Assembly (NCBI GenBank): GCA_963663405.2
Contig: CAXXSM010000110.1
Coordinates: 64,001-128,000, forward strand
Length of the DNA: 64,000 nucleotides
Source: a bacterium
Lineage (GTDB): Bacteria > Hinthialibacterota > Hinthialibacteria > Hinthialibacterales > Hinthialibacteraceae
Direction: 5' to 3'
Of this stretch, positions 35,501 to 44,800 are shown one piece after another. Every line of letters begins with the position of its first letter. Position 1 is the first letter of the stretch. A program made the translations under genes and the position numbers. The notes beneath the pieces are model-generated. The model worked only from the letters and a program-made list of their open reading frames with translations, was not told the DNA's origin and did no database searches.

Positions 35501-35820
35501 AGAAGCAATTTCCCATGAAAAATGGTCAAATTCTTTTTGGGGGGGATGAGGTAAATCGTATCCGGATTGACCCGCATTCCTTCTTCCGCGCGATAGACTG
35601 GCATTTCGGTCCGTTTCGACAACAATTCGACCATCATGCTTTTGTAATCGGGAGATAAATGTTGGATGACGACAAAGGCTAATCCGCTTTTTGAGGGCAT
35701 CTGCGTAAAAAACGATTCCAGCGCCTCCAATCCTCCGGCTGAAGCCCCGATGCCCACATAAAAAAGAGGTTCCTTGCTATTTTGTGTCTCGTTTTTACGG
35801 TTTCGATTTTGATCGTTCAT
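32563..35820 (-). CDS. CheB-CheR fusion (CheBR) with coiled coil, PAS and C-terminal PocR-like domain
   Basis: CheB triad motifs GASAGG, IQHL and GTGSDG; CheR motifs [20 protein letters not shown] and SCRNLLIY; repeats [30 protein letters not shown]; PAS; Cys-bearing PocR-like tail (GWCR...HCHESCW...ECRGG...ALPI). Confidence 0.93.
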   Translation of the reverse strand: [1085 protein letters not shown]

Positions 35821-35935
35821 ACTCTCTTTTCCTGCGTATCAACAGAGTGAAGTAAATGGAATGTATGTTATGATTGAATTGTATAATCACACTGGATTTC
35901 TCTTTACTATCGAATCTCGAATTCAAAAACTGCTA

Positions 35936-38900
35936 TTAATGGGAATCCAAAACCTCACGGACTTTCATCGCCAGCGTCTCCGGCATGAGCGGCTTTTGCA
36001 GAAAATTCACACCTTTGTCAAGGATACCGTGATGGGCAATCACATTATCCGGATAGCCGGATAAGAATAAAATTTTCAGGTTGGGATACTGCGCTTTCAA
36101 CGTATCCGCCAAATCCCGTCCGTTCATTTCGGGCATGATGACATCCGTCAACAATAAATCAATTTCGCCCGAATGGTTGTCCGCCAGTTCGATGGCGTGC
36201 ATTGGATTACTAGTGGTGAGCACTCGATAGCCAAGTCTTTCCAATATCTTTGTCCCGAGTTTTTGTAGAGAGGGTTCATCCTCGACAAATAACACGGTTT
36301 CAGAGCCCCTGCTCTCCGGTTTGATCTCTCTTTTCACCTGAAGCGCCTCTTCATCACCTGTATGCCGGGGGAGATAGATTTTGAACGCCGTTCCCTGGCC
36401 CGGTTCGCTATATACATTGATAAATCCACGGTTCTGTTTGACAACGCCATACACTGTCGCCAATCCCAATCCCGTGCCTTCGCCTTGCTTTTTCGTTGTG
36501 AAAAAGGGATCGAATACCTGCGCAAGCGTTTCTTTATCCATTCCGCAGCCGTTGTCACTGACGGCCAGTTGCACGTATTCACCCATGGTAAATCCCGTAT
36601 GTTCACTGCAATATTCTTCATCAAAACGAACGTTGCCGGTTTCAAGCGTGACCTTGCCGACTCCCGCAATGGCGTCGCGGGCGTTGACGCATAGATTGGC
36701 CAGGATCTGATCGATCTGGCTGGTATCCATTTTGACCTGCCATAAATCCGTTCCTGGCGCCCAGGCCAGGTCAATATCTTCACCGATCAATCGTTGCAAC
36801 ATCTTGAGCATGCCCTTAACGGTGTCATTGAGATTTAATACTTTGGGGGAAACGGTCTGTTTCCGGGCGAAGGCCAGTAATTGACGGGTGAGATCCGCCG
36901 ATCGCTCCGCGGCTTTTTTGATCTCCTGTAGACTTTCGTAGAGTGGTTGGGAAGATTCCACATTCGTTTGAGCGATTCCCACATGTCCGATGATCACCAT
37001 CAGCATATTGTTAAAATCATGCGCGATTCCACCGGCCAACCGTCCAACGGCTTCCATTTTCTGAGCCTGATGATACTGTTCTTCAAGCCGCGAGTTCTCC
37101 TCCTGCATCTGGCGATACTCGCGGTTCGAAACGGCCAAAGCCACCTGGTCGGCAAGGTGGCAAGCGAAACTGATCTCGTCCTCTTCCCAGTGGTGGGATC
37201 TATCCACATGCTCGAAGCAGAGTGTTCCCAGATTCCGGCCCCCCCGGCGGATCACGGCGTCCAGCAAGGCGGTGATCCGGTTCGGTTTCAGGTATCCTTC
37301 CACATATCCCGCAGTACGCGGATCGGTCAACGGATCGCCGGCGTCCACATACCTAGATTCCTTCAGCGTATCAAATTCATTCCGATACTCGCGCTCCAGC
37401 AGCACGGCCCCGGAGGAATGCTCTCCTGTAGAAAACACGTAATTATCCACGTTGACCAGTTCGCTTTGTTCTTTATCGAAAAGCCAAACACCCGCCCTCT
37501 CCACCTTGAGCGCGCGCGCAGCCGCCTCAGTCAATTCCCGGGCCAGTTCCGGCACGGCGCCCTGGGATAGATGCCCGCTCGACGCCACGGCGGCCATTAC
37601 CTCCGCCTCCCGCTCCCGGCGTTCCAACGTCAGGCGCTCTTTTTCCTCCGCACGCTTGCGCTCGGTGATATCCTGGTTGACGCCATAGGTTTTGATCGTG
37701 CGTCCTTGACTGTCCTTGACGATGAAGAATCGTACCGAGATATGACCAACTTCTCCATCGGCGTAGAGTATCCGGTGCTCGATCTGGCGGCTGTAATTGG
37801 AATCGGTGGTTTGGATGATTGCCCGGTTCTCCTCGGCTACAAGATGGGCGTCATCGGGATGACAGAAGCGTCTCGCGTACTCGGAAGAGGACATTTGATA
37901 CCCGCCGGCCTCCCCGGCTGTCGTTCTGAAGATCTGATAGAAATTGTCGTTGAACGTGAAGGTATCGCTGTCCACGTCGTAATCCCAATAGCCTGCACGG
38001 GCCATTTTCATGGCTTCGGAAAGCTGATTCTCCCTTTTTCGCAGCGCTGCCTCGGCTTTTTTGCGCTTGGTAATATCGGTGGCGATACCGGCCAGGGCCA
38101 GTGGTACACCATCTGTATCATGAATCAACTGGGTACGACAGTCCATGACAATCTCGCTTCCATCAGCGGCGAAGTTAATCACTTCTCCTCGCCACTGTCC
38201 GTCTTCAAGCGTTCTTTCAAGTATTTTCTTCTGTGCCGCCCCACGTTCGGGATCCTCGCCGTATTTCTCGGTCGTACCGCCGATGAGCTCGTTGCGGCTA
38301 TATCCCAACGATCGCGTTCCCGCTTCGTTGATATACGTAATCACGCCCTTCAGATCCGTTATCGTTACGCGATCCTCAATCTGGTCGAGTACCAGAGCCT
38401 GGAGGTGGATCCGCTCTTTGGCCTTTCTTTGTTCCGTGATATCCTGAGTAAAACCAACCGCGCGAATACAATTTCCAGCGCCGTCATACTCCAATTCCGC
38501 TTTTTCCCGCACCCATTTCACTTCACCCTTGACGAGCAGACGATGCTCAATGTCATACGTTCCTGTATGCAGGGCTGTTTTCCATTGCGCATCTACATAA
38601 TCTCGATCGCCGGGATGGACACATTCCAAGAATGTTTCATATGTTAGTTCGGCGCCTAAAGGCGTCCCAAAAATCCGGTAATTCTCATCCGTCCACACTA
38701 ATTTATTTTGATTGATATCTAGTTCCCAAGTCCCAATTGTTCCAATTTCTTGCGCTTTTTGAAGGTAATAGCGCTGCTTGTCGAGTTCCATTTCTATCCG
38801 CTTACGGTTAGTGATGTCATGAGCCACTCCTTCGACAGCGATGATTTGTCCACTTTCACCGGGCACAGCTGTTTCCGACACTTCCAGCCAGTGGACGTCT

Positions 38901-41431
38901 CCATTTTTCGAGAAAATTTCAACTTCGTACCTGGGTTGTACTTTTCCTTGAAGGCACAGCGCCGTGTTTTCAACTGCTTTTTGATTGATTGGATTGCCGG
39001 TCAAATACGTCGTGAAATGGGTGAGAAATTCCTCCGGTTGATAACCGAGCACTTGTGTGATGGATGGTGAGACATACTCGAAAATCCCATCCGTATCATG
39101 GCGGTATAAAAAAGTTCCGGTCAAGTTGCTCACAAGGCGCTTGTATTTCTCGTTGCTTCGGCGTACTTTCATTTCGGCTGTTTTGCGCTCTAGCAAATGC
39201 GCGAACATTTCGCCGACCCTGCGCAGCGCGTCTTGTTCGCTTGCCGACCAGGTTCGACATTCAGTTACCGCATCGAAGCCAAGGAAGCCCAGAATCGAAT
39301 TTCCCGACTGCATCGGAACGGCTATCAGAGACTTGATGTGTTGTGATTCAAAGTGCTCACGTTCGAAGCGGGCTTCGGGCGGCAGGGCTGCTACATCCGG
39401 GACGTGGACGTTCTCTCCAGTGTTGATACATTCTGTAAACCACGGCAGTTCTTGTTTAAAGGATATATCTTGGAGGCGCATGCGTTCTGATGTGACGCCT
39501 TCGGCGCACCATTCATGCGTATTGTCCATGTGGACATTATCCTCTCGGAAGAGAAACACGTAAGCGCGGTCCGCATGCGTGAAAAGCGCGATGGAAGCGA
39601 GCGCGTCTTCCATTCCAGCGTCCAATTGCTCTATATTTAACCGGACCAGGTTCGATGAGACGTCATTAATGATCCGGTCAAAAGCAACGCGTTGAGTCAA
39701 TGTGTCTTCGAGCCGTTTTCTTTCAGTCATATCGCGCACAGCGGCGATAATCCCTATCATCTCTCCTTTGGCATTCCGTAACGGACTGCTTGTGTCAGAG
39801 GTCCAACCAGAACGGCCGGTTATGGTTGAATAATAAGGAAAATCAATTGTTTCCGGCGATTCTCCGGCGAGTATTCGTTCTAACCGTTCTATGACTCCCG
39901 CTTCTTGCAAAAAAGGAAAGAGTTCCAAAGGATGGCGGCCCAAGACCTTAGATGCGGGAATACCGGACAAGCGTTCCATGAAAGGATTCCAGAGTTGATA
40001 GCGCAAATCGCAATCATAAACAATCACTCCTTCCTGGACGCTGTCGATGATATCACCGATCAGCTGATTCTTCTCTTCTAATGCGATTTCATATTGTTTC
40101 TGCCCAGTGATGTCCTCACCAATTGACTGGTAACTAATAATGGTTCCCTTTTCATCGAAGAGCGCGCGATTCGTCCAACGTTGCCAGCCAATATCTCCCG
40201 AAGGTTTGATGACTCGATGTTCATACGACTGCGTTGATGAATTCACCGACATGGTGTTGATGTTGGCCATAACGGTCTCGCGGTCTTCCTCCGGGATGAA
40301 CGAGAAGATTGATGCGCCGGTTAAATCCTCCAATGTTTTACTGAAATACTCACAATAGTTCCGATTCGCAAACGTAATTTTTCCTCCAGGTAAAAAACAA
40401 CAAATCAAGACGGGCATGTCTTCCGCAATCGCTCGATAGCGCTCTTCACTCTTCCCCAGCGCATTCTCGAACTGTTTACGCTCTGTGATATCCGTTCCAA
40501 TGCAGAGGATTTCCATTGGCGAATCAGTTTCATCAAGAATGACTTTGTTCGTCCACGACACCCAAACCCGCTCGCCGTTCTTCCGCAGGTTCTCATTTTC
40601 ATTCAAGGAGTATTTTTCCGGATTTTCGGTTATAAGTTGGATAATATCCTGAAGATTACGTCCGGTACTTTCTTTTTCCGGGACGATGCTTCCAACGGCA
40701 GAGCGGCCAATGATTTCTTTTTCTGAATAACCAAAGAAACGTTGCGCATATTCATTAAAAAAAGTGATTTTTCCTTCTCTATCCATTCTCAGGATGATGC
40801 TATTGGCGTTTTCCACGAGTTCGCGGTATTTCTCTTCACTTTTTACCAAAGCCGCCTTGGTGGATAACGACCGGATCTGTTCTCGAAGGACTCTCTCAAA
40901 AATGATTGTACAGACCGGGAAAAAAATCATGACAGGCAATGCGATTGTGGAAATGACGGACCAAGCCTCCCCCTTAGGCAATGTAAACATCCACAATAAC
41001 ATGTTGACGTGGACCAGAACGCCAAAACCGAAAAGGTAGAGAGGACGGCTGAATTCCGGCTTATCGCGTCCTATATAGCGGTACAATACGCCGAAGCCTG
41101 CGGAGGTCACCAGAACGCAAACACCGGTTAACACGCCAATGCCTCCCACTCCCCACACCCGGTACATGCCACCGATGAGAACGACAAGAACCGCTGTGAT
41201 GGACCCTCCTGCGAATCCGGCAATACTGGCGACAAACGACCGGCCATCAAAAATAATCCCTTCGGTCAGCACAAATGGATTCATCATTCCCGCAACCGTG
41301 ATACATCCGAATAAGATACCACAGCTGATTTGATAGGGAATCGAATCCGGTTTCCATCGCTTCACAATAAAAAAGTGACAGACGCTCAACGCCAGCAGGA
41401 GTGAGATGTTGTTGATGAAGGATATAAACAT
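35936..41431 (-). CDS. Membrane hybrid histidine kinase: 5TM-5TMR_LYT + multiple PAS + 2 GAF + HisKA-HATPase-REC
   Basis: GIIFDGRS membrane sensor motif, repeated PAC DIT.RK motifs, GAF domains, GRLAGGIAHDFNN and REC (TDVIMP). Confidence 0.93.
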   Translation of the reverse strand: MFISFINNISLLLALSVCHFFIVKRWKPDSIPYQISCGILFGCITVAGMMNPFVLTEGIIFDGRSFVASIAGFAGGSITAVLVVLIGGMYRVWGVGGIGVLTGVCVLVTSAGFGVLYRYIGRDKPEFSRPLYLFGFGVLVHVNMLLWMFTLPKGEAWSVISTIALPVMIFFPVCTIIFERVLREQIRSLSTKAALVKSEEKYRELVENANSIILRMDREGKITFFNEYAQRFFGYSEKEIIGRSAVGSIVPEKESTGRNLQDIIQLITENPEKYSLNENENLRKNGERVWVSWTNKVILDETDSPMEILCIGTDITERKQFENALGKSEERYRAIAEDMPVLICCFLPGGKITFANRNYCEYFSKTLEDLTGASIFSFIPEEDRETVMANINTMSVNSSTQSYEHRVIKPSGDIGWQRWTNRALFDEKGTIISYQSIGEDITGQKQYEIALEEKNQLIGDIIDSVQEGVIVYDCDLRYQLWNPFMERLSGIPASKVLGRHPLELFPFLQEAGVIERLERILAGESPETIDFPYYSTITGRSGWTSDTSSPLRNAKGEMIGIIAAVRDMTERKRLEDTLTQRVAFDRIINDVSSNLVRLNIEQLDAGMEDALASIALFTHADRAYVFLFREDNVHMDNTHEWCAEGVTSERMRLQDISFKQELPWFTECINTGENVHVPDVAALPPEARFEREHFESQHIKSLIAVPMQSGNSILGFLGFDAVTECRTWSASEQDALRRVGEMFAHLLERKTAEMKVRRSNEKYKRLVSNLTGTFLYRHDTDGIFEYVSPSITQVLGYQPEEFLTHFTTYLTGNPINQKAVENTALCLQGKVQPRYEVEIFSKNGDVHWLEVSETAVPGESGQIIAVEGVAHDITNRKRIEMELDKQRYYLQKAQEIGTIGTWELDINQNKLVWTDENYRIFGTPLGAELTYETFLECVHPGDRDYVDAQWKTALHTGTYDIEHRLLVKGEVKWVREKAELEYDGAGNCIRAVGFTQDITEQRKAKERIHLQALVLDQIEDRVTITDLKGVITYINEAGTRSLGYSRNELIGGTTEKYGEDPERGAAQKKILERTLEDGQWRGEVINFAADGSEIVMDCRTQLIHDTDGVPLALAGIATDITKRKKAEAALRKRENQLSEAMKMARAGYWDYDVDSDTFTFNDNFYQIFRTTAGEAGGYQMSSSEYARRFCHPDDAHLVAEENRAIIQTTDSNYSRQIEHRILYADGEVGHISVRFFIVKDSQGRTIKTYGVNQDITERKRAEEKERLTLERREREAEVMAAVASSGHLSQGAVPELARELTEAAARALKVERAGVWLFDKEQSELVNVDNYVFSTGEHSSGAVLLEREYRNEFDTLKESRYVDAGDPLTDPRTAGYVEGYLKPNRITALLDAVIRRGGRNLGTLCFEHVDRSHHWEEDEISFACHLADQVALAVSNREYRQMQEENSRLEEQYHQAQKMEAVGRLAGGIAHDFNNMLMVIIGHVGIAQTNVESSQPLYESLQEIKKAAERSADLTRQLLAFARKQTVSPKVLNLNDTVKGMLKMLQRLIGEDIDLAWAPGTDLWQVKMDTSQIDQILANLCVNARDAIAGVGKVTLETGNVRFDEEYCSEHTGFTMGEYVQLAVSDNGCGMDKETLAQVFDPFFTTKKQGEGTGLGLATVYGVVKQNRGFINVYSEPGQGTAFKIYLPRHTGDEEALQVKREIKPESRGSETVLFVEDEPSLQKLGTKILERLGYRVLTTSNPMHAIELADNHSGEIDLLLTDVIMPEMNGRDLADTLKAQYPNLKILFLSGYPDNVIAHHGILDKGVNFLQKPLMPETLAMKVREVLDSH

Positions 41432-41478
41432 GGTTGTATCCTCTGCTTGCTCGATTCAGCGATCGGAATTGTCCTCGA

Positions 41479-41779
41479 TCATAATTCACTCTTCAAGTCG
41501 AGATTCAGATATTCCTCAATCTTTTGGAGTATATTTTTAATGGCCTTTTTATACGTGATGAGACGAGAGCGATCCTTTGCAACCATTATTTTGAAGCCCT
41601 TGCGCCACCAACTTGGTTTGTTCGACCAGATCCTCGCGCATGAAACGGTCCGCTCGCCGTATCGACCCATACGTGACCAGAATCCCGGCCACAACAATCA
41701 GGCCCAGTACGGTCAAAGCGGATGTAGTCTCTATCCATTGTAACAAGGGCTTCATCTCAAATGGAAACTGTAATTTCAT
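41479..41779 (-). pseudogene. Chimeric fragment of a membrane sensor N-terminus
   Basis: One TM helix followed by RRADRFMREDLVEQTKLVAQ, resembling the start of the 47848-53205 periplasmic region, then an abrupt end. Confidence 0.45.
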
Positions 41780-41841
41780 TCTCTACGATTCCTTCCCATA
41801 CTACGGTCATCCGTTTCCCCGGGTAGAGATTTACATGGCTG

Positions 41842-44800
41842 TTATGGACTATCCAATATTCCCCGGACTTTCATTGTCAGCGATTCCGGCATAAACGGTT
41901 TCTCGAGAAAATTCACGCCTTTGTCGAGGATCCCATGATGATCGATCACATTATCTGGATAGCCGGACATGAACAAGATTTTTAGGTTGGGGAACTGCGC
42001 TTTCAACGTATCCGCCAAATCCCGGCCATTCATTTCGGGCATGATGACATCCGTCAATAACAGGTCGATCTCGCCCGAATGGTTCTCCGCCAGTTCGATG
42101 GCGTGGAGGGGATTGCTGGTGGCCAACACTCGATAACCAAGTCTTTCCAGCACTTTGGCGCCGAGATTTTGGAGGGAAGGTTCATCCTCGACCAGCAACA
42201 CCGTTTCAGAACCACGGCTATCCGTTTTGATGTCTCTTTTTACCTGGAGAGCGTCCTCCTCACCGGTATGACGGGGGAAGTAAATTTTGAACGCCGTTCC
42301 CTGGCCCGGTTCGCTGTACACATTGATAAAACCACCATTCTGTTTCACTACGCCATATACTGTCGCCAATCCTAAGCCCGTGCCTTCACCATGTTTTTTC
42401 GTAGTGAAAAATGGATCGAATACCTGCGCGAGAGTGTCTTTATCCATCCCGCAGCCATTGTCACTGACGGCCAGTTGCACGTATTCACCCAAGGTAAATC
42501 CCGCATGTTCACTGCAATATTCTTCATCAAAACGAACGTTGCCGGTTTCAATCGTGACCTTGCCGATCCCTGCAATGGCGTCGCGGGCGTTGACGCATAG
42601 ATTGGCCAGGATCTGATCGATCTGGCTGGTATCCATTTTGACCTGCCATAGATCCGTTCCTGGCGCCCAGGCCAGGTCGATATCTTCACCGATCAATCGT
42701 TGCAGCATCTTGAGCATGCCTTCAACGGTGTCATTGAGATTTAACACCTTAGGAGAAACGGTTTGTTTCCTAGCGAAGGCCAGTAATTGCCGGGTGAGAT
42801 CCGCCGATCGCTGTGCGGCTTTTTTGATTTCCTGAAGATTTTCATAAAGTGGTTGGGAGGGAGACACGTTGGTCTGAGCGATCTCCGCATGCCCGTTAAT
42901 CACCATCAGCATATTATTAAAATCATGCGCGATTCCACCGGCCAAACGTCCAACGGCTTCCATTTTTTGCGCTTGCCGGTACTGCGCTTCGAGTTTTTCA
43001 TGCTCCTGTTTCTGGCGATTCTCCTCCAACAATGCGCTTAATACGGGAGCAGTTTGTACCGCCACGCTTTCCAACAATGCCTGGTCTTCTGGACTATAGC
43101 CCCCCGGTTTATTGGCGATGAGATAATGACCGATCAGTTTATCGCGGTGAATGATCGGCTCCGACAGTACATTTTCCAACTCCATATTTCCAACCGGTGA
43201 ATGGAGAGACTCATTTTTCAGAAACGGTTTCTTTTCAATCAGGGACTGTACCCAAAAACCGCCCCATGAGGATTTCGGGTAAACGAAATGTTTGTTGTTC
43301 TTTTGAGATGAATTCCAACCATCCCGTGTGACGGATGGACAGATCAAGTCACCGGAATCATCGATATAGCCAAAATAGCCGAAACGGCTTTCCAGCGCGT
43401 TAAGGATCACGTCCAGCGCTTCCGCATACATGTCTTCCTGCCCGGACGTCAGAAAAACATTCGCGATGCGATTGTTCAACGAAATCGTTCGTTGATGGTA
43501 TAGCAATTCTTTTTCGGCGTGTTTGCGATCTGTGATGTCTCGGATAAATACAACAAATCGGTCTTTTCCAAAGTGCGAAAAGCTGACGCTGACTTCCACA
43601 TCGATTAAATTACCGTCTTTATGTCGATGACGAGTCTCGAATCGTTGATATCCTTGATCTCGTAAATAGTCCATACGCCTTTTCGTATCATCGCAGGTTT
43701 CGAGCGGATTGATATCACCGATCGAAAGTGCTTTCATTTCCTCGACACTATACCCCAGCATCTTGGCCGCGGCGGGATTGGCTTCCAGCACACATCCCTC
43801 TTCATTGACGATCCAGAAGCCATCGTTAGTTGTTTCAAGAATCTTGGCGTAGATAGTTTCCCGCTCAACCTGGTCAGAAATATCAAAGGCGATAGCCAGA
43901 ACGATCCGTTTTCCACTAAGAATGACCGCGCTGCGGTAAATTTCAGTGGGGTAGCGCGAACCATCTTTTCTTGTGTGTTTTGTTCCAATCATCCTGGCTT
44001 GTCCTGTCTTGAGTTTATGCCAAAGATCGATCCGGGCGTCTCTCGAAAGACTGGAATGATCTATATCGTTTACAGTCATGCTCAACAGTTCGTCCCTTGA
44101 GTAACCTGTGTCTTGGCAGGAGACTTCGTTAATCAGGATCAAGCGGCCATCCATGTCATGCGCGAAGACGCCAACCGGCAAGCTTTCGATAATCATTCGA
44201 AAACGCAACTCACCTTCTCGTAACGCTTCCTCAGCCCGCTTCCGGTCCGTGATATCCCGGGCGAAGCCCATAAACTGTATTGTGTTTGGGATTTCCATAC
44301 GAGAAATCGTGATCTCCACTGGATAGAGCGCGCCATCTTTTCGCTTGTGATACGACTCAATAGCCACTGGCTGGTCTGGCGCAATGGATTCATAAAATTT
44401 CGTGAGAGTATCAGGAGTCGTTTCGGAATCAATATCAGTAACGTTCATACGAAGGAGTTCCTCACGGGTATAACCCGTCACACGGCATGCCTGCTCGTTC
44501 ACTTGAATCAGCTGGCCATCCAGTTTCGATATGTAGATTGGATCCGCGGCTTTTTCAAACAAAATTCGCAGCCGTTCTTCACTTTCCTGTAGTATTTCTC
44601 CGGCTTTTTTATTCTCCGTAATATCCCAAAAAATGCCTTGCAGACCGATCATGGCTCCTTCTGAATTCCGCAACGGAGATTTGATTACTTGAACAAATGT
44701 TTGTTCCCCCCCGGTCGATACATTTTCTTCAACAGTTTCAAACAATTCTTCTGATTCCATGACCCTTCGATCATCTCGCTGATACTTCTCCGCCAGTTCA

